A model generated the notes under the pieces. It was not told the DNA's origin, ran no database searches, and saw nothing but the letters and a program-made list of their open reading frames with translations. Shown piece after piece: positions 39,317-48,546 of a stretch of 64,000 bases of DNA. Within the stretch, counting starts at the first letter, position 1; every line of letters begins with the position of its first letter. The DNA is from Terrimicrobiaceae bacterium (GTDB taxonomy: Bacteria > Verrucomicrobiota > Verrucomicrobiia > Chthoniobacterales > Terrimicrobiaceae), in contig JBGSVZ010000102.1 in NCBI GenBank assembly GCA_041752695.1, forward strand, positions 1-64,000, in the 5' to 3' direction. The position numbers were made by a program, and so were the translations under genes.

Positions 39317-40140
39317 GGCTTGGATTGGATGGAAATATTGGTCGCCGAGAATCCTGAGGGCTCTTTGTTGCCGGGCGGAAATCCCCCGAAGAAATAGAGT
39401 CCTGTCTGTCCAATATCCGGCATGTGGTCGTTTGAGAGGTTCAGCTTCATCGAGCCTTTGGCAAGAACCTTGTCGGGCTCTGAGGACTTAGCGATGCTGA
39501 GAGTGACGTTCGCATGCCGCATTGGGAGGTCCGGAATATTGCGAACCTCCATGTTGAGACGGTACGCGGTTCCCGGTTCGATGGCGAAATCAAGCGGAAT
39601 GAGCCGGTGCAGGGTGGAGGGCAGATTAAGATCCGCGCCGTTCTGACCGAATGTGATTGCAAATTTTCCATCAGCAATCGGACCGACCGCCGCATAGTAA
39701 ATTCCATCTCCATGCAATGCCATTTGTTTGAAAAAGAAGCCAAACTGCGTGGCCGGCCTCGGAGTGAAATCCGCCGCAATTTGGAAGTTGCCCAGATAGA
39801 CGGACTCGTCCTGTTCTTTCCCCTTCACAAAAGCGATGTTGAGTTTCGCAGAGCGCCCGGGCGGCAATTCGGTGACAAGACTTCCTCCATTTTCCGGTGA
39901 GAAGGAGAGACGCTCTGGAGCGAGATTATTCGTTCCAAAACGATTGACAGCACCGTTCGGCAGGAAGTGCACCACGATATCCTCCGCCGATTTAGGCACG
40001 AACGGTCCGAAGGAAACTTCAGCGGGCTTGTACGGCAGCGGATCGCCTATGGTTGACAGACTTCTTGGCTTTGTCTCGTTGGGGCTAATTTGCCACTGGA
40101 AAACCATCGACTTTTCTGGATCCGGCACATACGCGGTAAG
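39313..40140 (-). pseudogene. orphaned 3' portion of the GH95-like gene, separated by the IS3 insertion
   Basis: Removing the IS and one AAG copy fuses ...ENRPVTSL to TAYVPDPEKSM... in frame; the first residues of track ORF 39313..40281 are IS sequence. Confidence 0.85.
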
Positions 40141-40386
40141 TGGGGTGGACCCGGTTTTTAAACCAATAGGAGCGTAAAATAAGCTATGGAACGGGAGCGG
40201 AGTTGGGATCTTATTTGTTGGTGCCTGAGTCGGCAACCATGGATTGGTGGGGGTTTCCGATATTTTGGATCTGGAACGCAAGGCCCGGCTGGCCTCGGAG
40301 CGTAGCGCAGAGGCCTGCGCGGGCCTGGAGTGGAAGAGCCAAAATATCGGACGGCGAATGGGGGGATTGGTTTGGGCTCTGGAGTT

Positions 40387-41262
40387 TCATGCCGCTTTTT
40401 TCCATGGTGATGCCATGGGCTCGGGCTTGCGGTGGGTTTCGTAAACGTGGGCCGGAGTTTCGTTTCCCAGGGCCTGATGAGGCCGCCACGTATTGTATCG
40501 CTCGATCCATTGGGCAACGCCGGTTTCCAACTCCCCAACCGTGGCATAGCCCTTGAGGTAGATGTCTTCGTATTTCAGACTCCTCCAGAGCCGTTCGATA
40601 AAGACATTGTCCATCCACCGACCCTTGCCATCCATACTCACCGCGATGCCGAGGCTTTCGAGTCGGCCTGTCCATTCAGGGGACGTGAACTGGCTGCCTT
40701 GGTCGGTATTGAAGATTTCCGGAAGGCCCCGGCTTTGCGCCACGGCGGTCGTCACGGCTGCTTCCGTCAGCCGGACATCCATCGTGTTGCTCACCGCCCA
40801 GCCCAGCACCTTGCGGGAATGCCAGTCCATCACCGCGCACAGATAGGCGTGCCCCTGCGGCATCGGCACATATGTGATGTCCGCGCACCAGACTTCGTCG
40901 GCATGCCCCACCGGCCGATCTCTGAGCAGATACGGATATTTCCGATGCCCGTTGTCTGGAATGCTGGTGCGTCGCGGACGGCACCAAATCGTTTCGATCC
41001 CCATCTTGCGCCGCAGCCTCTGCACCCGCTTCCGGTTGACTTTCACGCCGTGATCGCGCTTCAGAACCGTCACCAGGCGGCGGCTCCCTACGCACGGATC
41101 CTTCATGTAGATCTCGTCCATCAGTCTCATCAGACGTATATCCCGGGCGCTTTCCTTTACCGGCTTGTACGTCAGCGTCGTTCGCGACACCGCCAGCAGG
41201 TGGCACTGCTCCCGCACGCTCAATTTCGGGTGATTTTTTTCCACCAGCTCGGCGCGGTTCAC
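40387..41262 (-). CDS. IS3 transposase OrfB (DDE)
   Basis: WCADITY, FNTDQGSQFTS, DNVFIERLWRSLKYE, YNTWRPHQALG. Confidence 0.95.
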   Translation of the reverse strand: MNRAELVEKNHPKLSVREQCHLLAVSRTTLTYKPVKESARDIRLMRLMDEIYMKDPCVGSRRLVTVLKRDHGVKVNRKRVQRLRRKMGIETIWCRPRRTSIPDNGHRKYPYLLRDRPVGHADEVWCADITYVPMPQGHAYLCAVMDWHSRKVLGWAVSNTMDVRLTEAAVTTAVAQSRGLPEIFNTDQGSQFTSPEWTGRLESLGIAVSMDGKGRWMDNVFIERLWRSLKYEDIYLKGYATVGELETGVAQWIERYNTWRPHQALGNETPAHVYETHRKPEPMASPWKKAA

Positions 41263-41552
41263 AGGCCGAGCTGTTTGGATTTTTTTTCCAAAAAATCCAG
41301 TTTCACCGTCAGCTCCCCGATCTTTGAATGCAGCTTTTCTCGCTCCGCCTCGAAGCCTTCGCCTCCTCCGCTCTTTTCCCGGCCGAAGACTTCTCCGACT
41401 CCCTCCAGCAGCGTCTTTTTCCATTCCGTCACCTGCGTGGGATGAATCTCGTATTCCGCCGCGATCTGCTGCGTTGTTTTTTGTCCTTTGTGCGCCTCCA
41501 GCGCCACCCGGGCTTTGAATCCTGCGTCGTGTCTTCTGCGTTTGCCTTTCAT
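41259..41552 (-). CDS. IS3 transposase OrfA (HTH), with A8 slippery run at 41280-41287 for -1 frameshift
   Basis: KRRRHDAGFKARVALEA...IHPTQVTEWKK...KIGELTVKLDFLEKK. Confidence 0.93.
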   Translation of the reverse strand: MKGKRRRHDAGFKARVALEAHKGQKTTQQIAAEYEIHPTQVTEWKKTLLEGVGEVFGREKSGGGEGFEAEREKLHSKIGELTVKLDFLEKKSKQLGL

Positions 41553-41642
41553 TTTCGATGGTCTTTCAGGTTGTGGGTTTCCACCCCCTTCTTCCATCGC
41601 ATTTTTACACCTTAACTCCTGGCACTAATTTCGGGGTCCACC

Positions 41643-44063
41643 TCAAAGTGACGTCACAGGCCGGTTTTCCGGAGCAATCACCCAGCTCTGTCCTTTGACC
41701 AATTCAAGAGGGATTCGGTGACCAGAAAGTGTCCGGGGTTTTCCGCCCACTGTTGCGATCAACTTTTCACCTGACCATGGGTTAATGAGCGTCACTTTGA
41801 CATCATTGAGCGGTGTGAGGGCAACAAATTCCCGAATACCATCTTTTTGAGAAGCCTCGACAAAATAGTGCCCCTCGGCGAGAAGTCGGAATCGAGCGTT
41901 CCATTCCTCCGGCCAGCCTGCGAAGAGCTGTAAAAGGCCATTATGGCTTTGGAGGAGGGCCTCGTTTGTGGCTGTGGCAAGGTTTTGCGCGACTTCAATG
42001 CGAACCAACCCGATCTCATGGTCCAGCACGGGCAACATGATGGGGGAGCGGACAATGGCCGCATTTCGCACCGCATGCTTCTTGAACAAATCCTTCATCC
42101 CCAGCCGAGCCGACATAATCGGAACCCGTGACCAACCGGGGTAGCCCGCCCAGACATCCGGATTGCCGAACACCTCGGTAGGCAAGGTGCGCCGCATCCG
42201 CTCGACGTCTTCTTCGGGGGCGACCTCTGGAGTGATCAGCTCGAACGGCCACGTGGGCGAAACCCGGACGGCCTCGCCGTTGTGGCGGCCTTTAACGACT
42301 CCAAGCAACCCAGGAGCATAGGTGTCGGGAGGAAATTCCTCCACGAGCGCGCGAGCTTCAGGCATGTCCATCGTGGGAAGAGGCGGCTGGTTGTCCAAAA
42401 ATTCCTGCCACGCCGCACGACGGTCCTCATCCACACCGAGAGTAATACTCGCCTTGATCAGACGCGGCATGAGCCAGCGTACCGCCGCGAGATCCATCAT
42501 GCCATTGCGCACTCCAAAATACGCTTCATGTCCATTGGTCGGAAAGATGTGGTATTTTCCGTCCTCTCCCTTTTTGAAATAACTCATGTAGAAGTCGGCT
42601 GCCTCCTTCATGTAGGGGTAAGCGCGATCTCGCAACCATTCGACATCGCCCGTGTACGCATAGCGCTTATAAAACATCCAGGCGACCTCCACGGTCCCAG
42701 TCAGGAGGTGAGAGGTGAAACTAAAAGCGGCTTTTTCCCCGAGACGCTTCGAACGCTCGACTTCAACCTGCTCGGGCGTGCGCTCGACGGGCTTTTGATA
42801 ATACGAAGTCCCTTCAGGCACCCACGCACCATCTGCATTCCAAAGATCGAGTGCCTCCTTGCGTGCCACGGGAAGCAGCCGCCAGTAATGATTGTAGAAC
42901 GGATCGATGAGGTTGACGGCGTTCTGCGCAAAAAGCGGAAAATACATAGCTTCCGTATTCCAGAGCCAATATTGGCCACCCCAGGCACGAATATCCCGAT
43001 CACCCAGAAAGGTCGATCCATTGAATTTTGGAGGACAAACACCCCGGGAAGTAATCGCGGTTTGATACAAACCAGCCAGCCAAACCGATTCCATGTAATT
43101 TGCCAGGCCGTCCGGACTGTCCAGGGAGACAAATGTGCCCAGGTTGTTCCAGAATTGTGACCACCATGCTGCGTGCCCATTATCCAATTTGGCCAAACCC
43201 ATCTCTAAAGCCGTTGTCAACTCCCGGTTGGCAGTCTCCTCCGCGCTAATTTGCAGATCATCAGATACTGTGGCCGCCGCCAACACGACCATTCGACCGT
43301 GATTATCCGGTTCCAACTCCAGCCACGCACTACGCGAATCTTCCTGACGCACAGAAACCTTTCCCGCCAAGGCACTCACGGCAACCGAATATTCCAGACG
43401 GTGAGTTTTGGTTTCAAAGACTTCGGTAACGACCACCCGATTCTCGGCAACCGTAATTTTTGGCCCGGAGCCGGGAAACTTCCCGCTGCCATAAGCGTTT
43501 CGGGCCGCCGCATCGAGATCGGCGTCCAGGGGAATGCGCCATTGTCCAACGCCCACGGTTGCTCCGCTGGCTCCCTTGCGAGTGTCTGTGAGATCCACCA
43601 CCAAAACTGGTCGGTCTGCCGCGACAAAAGAGCGCCCGACAAAGGCTCCACCATCCCCTTCTTCCCGCACGGTCACCACGCCATCACCCATGGAAAGAGA
43701 GGCTGAGAACCCCTTGCCATCAAGTGCGAGGCGTGGCTTGGGGCGAATCACCAAGCGAGCAAGACTCGGAATGGTATTGTTTTGATAGGGATTGTAACTG
43801 GAGAGACTATCTGCTGCCCACGCATCCACGCGGTTGAGCTGATAGACCATCCCCCCCTCATAGCGGGGAGTCCAGACCATCGTGCCTAAAACTCCATTGC
43901 CAATTGGAAGTCCCTGTAAAGCGCGCTCGACCGGGGCGGTATAAACCGGGTTACTACGCTCCAGAAGCGTTCCAATGGGAGAGCTTAGCTCACTATGGGC
44001 GGATCCGATAAATGATCCCCAAGTCATGGAGGCGATCAGACTAAGGTAAAATGCTTTATTCAT
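41643..44063 (-). CDS. GH95-like (alpha/alpha-barrel) glycoside hydrolase, truncated at the C-terminus by the IS
   Basis: LPIGNGVLGTMVW, WGGQYWLWNTEAMY, YTGDVEWLRDRAYPYM, NEALLQSHNGLLQLFAGWP; the stop codon is the IS terminal TGA. Confidence 0.8.
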   Translation of the reverse strand: MNKAFYLSLIASMTWGSFIGSAHSELSSPIGTLLERSNPVYTAPVERALQGLPIGNGVLGTMVWTPRYEGGMVYQLNRVDAWAADSLSSYNPYQNNTIPSLARLVIRPKPRLALDGKGFSASLSMGDGVVTVREEGDGGAFVGRSFVAADRPVLVVDLTDTRKGASGATVGVGQWRIPLDADLDAAARNAYGSGKFPGSGPKITVAENRVVVTEVFETKTHRLEYSVAVSALAGKVSVRQEDSRSAWLELEPDNHGRMVVLAAATVSDDLQISAEETANRELTTALEMGLAKLDNGHAAWWSQFWNNLGTFVSLDSPDGLANYMESVWLAGLYQTAITSRGVCPPKFNGSTFLGDRDIRAWGGQYWLWNTEAMYFPLFAQNAVNLIDPFYNHYWRLLPVARKEALDLWNADGAWVPEGTSYYQKPVERTPEQVEVERSKRLGEKAAFSFTSHLLTGTVEVAWMFYKRYAYTGDVEWLRDRAYPYMKEAADFYMSYFKKGEDGKYHIFPTNGHEAYFGVRNGMMDLAAVRWLMPRLIKASITLGVDEDRRAAWQEFLDNQPPLPTMDMPEARALVEEFPPDTYAPGLLGVVKGRHNGEAVRVSPTWPFELITPEVAPEEDVERMRRTLPTEVFGNPDVWAGYPGWSRVPIMSARLGMKDLFKKHAVRNAAIVRSPIMLPVLDHEIGLVRIEVAQNLATATNEALLQSHNGLLQLFAGWPEEWNARFRLLAEGHYFVEASQKDGIREFVALTPLNDVKVTLINPWSGEKLIATVGGKPRTLSGHRIPLELVKGQSWVIAPENRPVTSL

Positions 44064-44087
44064 AGGAAGGGTAATTGCGTTGCGGGG

Positions 44088-46328
44088 TTATGGGTTTGAT
44101 GGGGGGTTTTCGATTGATGAATGGGCCTCGTGCGGAAGGTCTTCTGCACTCACATGTCCGACCACTCGACCATCGTCCGCCAAATCGGTTTGGTGATTCT
44201 TGAGCCTTCGAAACATGAGCAAAAGGTCACGGCTGCCACCGATGGTGAACCACACCGTTGAAATGATTCCAATGATCGAGGACACGACGATGCTGGCGAT
44301 AAAAAACCAATTCACCCACCACTGTTGCGGCCACGGCGATATGAGGTTCCAGACCACGATGGTGATAAACGACCCAAAACCCCAGCCGAGACTCCAAATG
44401 ATGACCGACCACGAAAGAATTTTGTCGCCCCGTGTGAAATTTGCATCAATGCCAGTCAGGGATTTGAGAATCACACCGATCCCTTTTTTCCGAGCCTGCG
44501 CAAGCAGTGGTGGCTCAAGGCTGTCATCAGCACGCTGATATTCCCCCCGGTGGAGCATCCGGTCCATATTGAATTTCTCACGGCAAGTAAGCAGTGAAAC
44601 TCCGACGTAACCAACGATCGCCGCGACCATGGCAAGGAAGTTGATTTCCTGACCATTCATGAAAAATTTTTCCGAGGTCACACGCCAAAGAATGTAGGGC
44701 TCCATCGGCCCGGAAATCGTTTCTACCGCGGAAGTCAGCCAACCCAGCAAGGCAGGATTTGAGGTGAGAAGCGGGTAGATCATTCCTACCCAGGCATTGG
44801 TCAGGACCATCCCGCCGACTGCGATTGTTGCGCCCAATATCAAGGCTACCCATGCTCCCGCAGCCGTTCCCCGGGACCAGTAGAGTCCCAAGACGATGAC
44901 TGCCCCGGCTCCGGCCCAGATGGCACCGGTAATGGCAAAGAACATCAGGATATAGGTCACCTGTCCAAAAAAGTAACTGAACAGGAAGGCGTAAACGGCC
45001 ACCCCGGCTATGGCCGTTCTGAGCCAGAAGAGCTGCTCCCGGGGTGTAAAAGGCTTCTTGCGCAGGGGCATGGCAATGTCTTGGACAATAATGGATCCCC
45101 ACGAGTGCATGTAGCTGGAGTCGGTGCTCGTCATAAGAAAGATCATCAGAGCACAGAAGAGGCCGAGCAATCCTACCGGGAGAATGTCGCTCAGAACGGT
45201 CGGCACGAGCATTTGCTTCTGAATGGTTTCAAAAGTTTGGTGGGTCGCAGGTTGCTCCTCTTTCAATCGAGCAACGGCCTCTCCGATCGAGGCGGCATCG
45301 TGGGCCGATGGCGCGTATTTGGGCGCGATGTCGCGAAGAGCCTGCTCTTCCAGATTGGCCTTCGTCACGTCCGCTGCCCCCTTGTGGCCCTCATGGTGCA
45401 TGTAGGTGTAAGCGACGGCTGAGGTGAGAATGATCATCATGCCGAGGAATCCACCCCGCCAAAGACCGAGAATGCGGGACATTTTCTGCTCATGCGCATT
45501 GATCGCCGCCGCATTGTAGCCCTGGGTTCCGAGCCAAGTGAGGCCGGCACCTCCATAGATCGACGCAAAAATCCCAACGAAGACATAGAACAGATTGAAG
45601 TCCCGAAGGCCCGAGGTATCGAAGGGATTGAGCATCGACTGCCCCTCTGGTCGATCCAAAAGGGACGGCGCGATTTCATTCCACCACGAAAACTGGCTCA
45701 GCAGGTAAAAAACGACCAAAAGGTAAACTGGATAGCTGAGAATCCCCATCACGCAATCCGTGGTCATCACAGTGAGTTGGCCGCCCATCATTGCAAGCGA
45801 GGCACCAACGGCAAGGATCACGGCCATGACCAAGGCAAAAGTTGGCCATTGTAGGCCAAAAAATTCCACCCATGGCGGCAGGTTACAAAAATAGACAATA
45901 AACCGGGCACCTACCGCTGGAAACAATCCGTAGTTTATGATGCCGGACAGGGCTGAAAGGCATCCCGCGAAAATGCGAAACTTGCGGCTGTAGCGAATTT
46001 CAAGCATTTGCCCCATGGTCAATGCCCGCGTCTCGCGAAATCGATAGATACAATAGCCGGTCACCATTAAGAGAAGTCCGACCGGGATCGAAATCCTGTT
46101 CCAGAATTCAATCGCAAAACCCGATTTGTAATACATTTCCCAGATGGCTACCATCGAAACCAATCCCATGGCTGCTTCGCCTGATGAAACCGCCACGACG
46201 TAGCGCCCCGCCACACGCCCGGCCGCCAAAAAATCGGCGACACCTTTTACAAACCGTTGGGTGTAAACCGCGATTGCTGTCACCAGCCCAAGCATGAGGG
46301 CCACACAAAGCCAATCGAGCCAATGCAT
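44088..46328 (-). CDS. sodium:solute symporter (SSS) family transporter
   Basis: MHWLDW, FLAAGRVAGRY, TMGQMLEIRYS, MGGQLTVMTTD, LPVGLLGL; many TM helices. Confidence 0.9.
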   Translation of the reverse strand: MHWLDWLCVALMLGLVTAIAVYTQRFVKGVADFLAAGRVAGRYVVAVSSGEAAMGLVSMVAIWEMYYKSGFAIEFWNRISIPVGLLLMVTGYCIYRFRETRALTMGQMLEIRYSRKFRIFAGCLSALSGIINYGLFPAVGARFIVYFCNLPPWVEFFGLQWPTFALVMAVILAVGASLAMMGGQLTVMTTDCVMGILSYPVYLLVVFYLLSQFSWWNEIAPSLLDRPEGQSMLNPFDTSGLRDFNLFYVFVGIFASIYGGAGLTWLGTQGYNAAAINAHEQKMSRILGLWRGGFLGMMIILTSAVAYTYMHHEGHKGAADVTKANLEEQALRDIAPKYAPSAHDAASIGEAVARLKEEQPATHQTFETIQKQMLVPTVLSDILPVGLLGLFCALMIFLMTSTDSSYMHSWGSIIVQDIAMPLRKKPFTPREQLFWLRTAIAGVAVYAFLFSYFFGQVTYILMFFAITGAIWAGAGAVIVLGLYWSRGTAAGAWVALILGATIAVGGMVLTNAWVGMIYPLLTSNPALLGWLTSAVETISGPMEPYILWRVTSEKFFMNGQEINFLAMVAAIVGYVGVSLLTCREKFNMDRMLHRGEYQRADDSLEPPLLAQARKKGIGVILKSLTGIDANFTRGDKILSWSVIIWSLGWGFGSFITIVVWNLISPWPQQWWVNWFFIASIVVSSIIGIISTVWFTIGGSRDLLLMFRRLKNHQTDLADDGRVVGHVSAEDLPHEAHSSIENPPSNP

Positions 46329-46481
46329 TACCGGAGACAAGGAGCTGGAAACATGGATGGAACGGGTCGTTTGGGCATTCTTGGAGACTCGCAGGGAGGC
46401 TGTTGTCTATGCTTCGTTTCGGGACTTGGTGGGTTTATGCAGCTACAGGTGCGGGACTATGAAGAGCGGCCAATCAGTCGG

Positions 46482-48500
46482 TTATTTGAAAATGTCCCAG
46501 AGCATCGCGGAACGTCCCTCAAGACGTTGGCTGATAAACTCGCCATCAAATGTTTCGCGGGCGTCAGACCAGAAACACACAGCATCCACCGGTCCCGTGT
46601 GACCAAGTTCGGCACGGCGGACATTAATAATTTTCGGTTCATCGGACCAATTGAAGAAGGCCACCGATTGACGGATCCCCAGGCGACCAGTCCGGCTGTC
46701 CGACGGAAAATCGACGAAGAGACATTCCGGCAAAGGAAGGCCCGTGAAGGCCCGGTCATCGGCGCAGCGCACGCGGTGACCACGGTCACAGCGGTCCGTC
46801 ATCTTGCGCATGGCCGCGACCCACTTCTCCGGCCAGGTCTCCATGCGTCCGCCCGTCTCGAGCAGTCCCATGTTGATATGGCACCAGGTTAGGCGGAATA
46901 GGTTTTCGTTGTCGGGATGTTCCGCCATGATGCCGGCACTGTCATGATTGGGCAGGAACGATTTGCGTCCTGGGAAGCCAAGCGTGGGAAGCGCCCAGAA
47001 GCAGTTGTTGACTTGCTCCAACCAGACACCAAGTCCGATGTCGATGGTGTTGCGATAGGAATCTGCCCAGCGACCAATGAAAGGGTTTCCCATGCCAGTC
47101 GCGACGCATGTGATAAAAACTCCATTGGCCGGGAGATGCTTGCGCACGGTCTCAAAAAGGTGTCTGCGAGCCTGGACATTGGTGACCGACGGATCAGATG
47201 GAAGCACGTCCCGTGTCTCGACATTCTGGCTCCAAAAATCCATTTTGCAGGCATCCATTCCCCACTCGCCGAGAATCACAGAGAGTGTTTTGTCCAAAAA
47301 ACCGAGGGCGTCCGGATTCGAGAGATCAAGAAATCCCTGGTTGCCATCGATCAGGAAGATCGTCCCATCACTCCGGCGCAGAAACCAGTCTTCATGATCT
47401 GCGAAGAGTTTCGAATCGGTCCGTGCCGTGGGTGACCACCAAAGGCCCGGACGGAGGCCGAGACGGCGAACCTTGTCCGCGAATGCACGCATGCCACCCG
47501 GCCAGCGTTCCTGAGAGATATTCTGATTGGGATCGGGGTAAAATTGGTCGAGAAATGTGGTCGTCAGCCCCCCGTCAATATATCCGGCGTCAATGAGAAA
47601 CCACTTGATCGCAGGAGCATTGCTCGAAAGGAATTCGGCTGTCGGGAGAAGCGCCTTCTCCGTTTGATCAGCGAACGGCCCATAGTTCCAGGTGCAATGA
47701 AAGGCCTCTTCAAGAACCGGAGTGTGGGCCCCCCGGAATGTCAACTTGGTGCCCAGATAATCGAGGTATTCCGAAAAGCAATCCTCAGTCCGAACGTCAC
47801 CCACCAGCTGGATAAAAAGACCATCCAGTTGAAGTGTGCTGCCCGCCGGGATCGTGAAGCCTCCGGCATGGCCGGGATCATGGTTGATCGTAAACTCCTC
47901 AAAGATTCCATCCTTCACGAGGGCCTTCTTGCGCAGAGTGAAGGTCGTATAATTCAGCTCCTGCGATGCGGCAGCGAAAACGATCCCGCGACGTGAGCGG
48001 AGATCCTTGACGTAAAGGGCCGGGAAGGCCTGGTCCTCTCCTGCGCCCAATTCGACCGTGTGAACCGGCAGCATCCGTTCGTATGGATACTCCATCTGAC
48101 AGTGCGGGTATTTCTCGGTTCGGACATTATCGGTATGCACATAACGCAACTCCCAGCCCAGCCAACTCCCCTTACCGTGCAGGACTGCGGAGCCTTCGTG
48201 AAACTGACCCGTGACAGCCGAAGCGATGACGACGGGATGACTCGAGATATTCGTGAGACAGTGTGTGAGAACGATGCTTCCCGACACGACTGATGGTGAA
48301 GCTGTTGTTCGGATTTTCAGAAGGCCACCGACATTCGCTTCTCCCCAGTGCTCGTGTCCCTCCGAGCCATGGCTGGTCAACTCCACGTCGAATTTTTTTT
48401 CGTCCATCACCAAGCTAAGCCCAAGGTCGCGTACGCCGATGTTTGAATCGGGATCGAAAAAGGAAAGCCCTCGAGTCGTAATTTTCAGTTGCTGCGTCAT
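46482..48500 (-). CDS. GH36/GH27-clan alpha-galactosidase-like hydrolase (start placed at MTQQLK)
   Basis: HCTWNY, WFLIDAGY, RWPGGMRAFAD, GLRPGLWWSP, LDLSNPDA, CKMDF, YRNTIDI; no signal peptide. Confidence 0.8.
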   Translation of the reverse strand: MTQQLKITTRGLSFFDPDSNIGVRDLGLSLVMDEKKFDVELTSHGSEGHEHWGEANVGGLLKIRTTASPSVVSGSIVLTHCLTNISSHPVVIASAVTGQFHEGSAVLHGKGSWLGWELRYVHTDNVRTEKYPHCQMEYPYERMLPVHTVELGAGEDQAFPALYVKDLRSRRGIVFAAASQELNYTTFTLRKKALVKDGIFEEFTINHDPGHAGGFTIPAGSTLQLDGLFIQLVGDVRTEDCFSEYLDYLGTKLTFRGAHTPVLEEAFHCTWNYGPFADQTEKALLPTAEFLSSNAPAIKWFLIDAGYIDGGLTTTFLDQFYPDPNQNISQERWPGGMRAFADKVRRLGLRPGLWWSPTARTDSKLFADHEDWFLRRSDGTIFLIDGNQGFLDLSNPDALGFLDKTLSVILGEWGMDACKMDFWSQNVETRDVLPSDPSVTNVQARRHLFETVRKHLPANGVFITCVATGMGNPFIGRWADSYRNTIDIGLGVWLEQVNNCFWALPTLGFPGRKSFLPNHDSAGIMAEHPDNENLFRLTWCHINMGLLETGGRMETWPEKWVAAMRKMTDRCDRGHRVRCADDRAFTGLPLPECLFVDFPSDSRTGRLGIRQSVAFFNWSDEPKIINVRRAELGHTGPVDAVCFWSDARETFDGEFISQRLEGRSAMLWDIFK

Positions 48501-48546
48501 AGCTGGAAAGTCGAGATGAATATTGAAGGCCTCTGAAGGGAGTGTC

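Larger units (their letters stand above)
40141..41645 (-). mobile_element. IS3-family insertion sequence, 1505 bp, apparently intact
   Basis: Terminal IRs TGGGGTGGACCC.. (40141) and TGAGGTGGACCC.. (41645, minus strand); AAG duplicated at 40138-40140 and 41646-41648; orfA/orfB arrangement. Confidence 0.95.

Noticed and set aside
40141..40281. N-terminus of track ORF 39313..40281 as a real gene start
   Set aside because: This part is IS3 right-end sequence; the true reading frame comes from the GH95-like gene.
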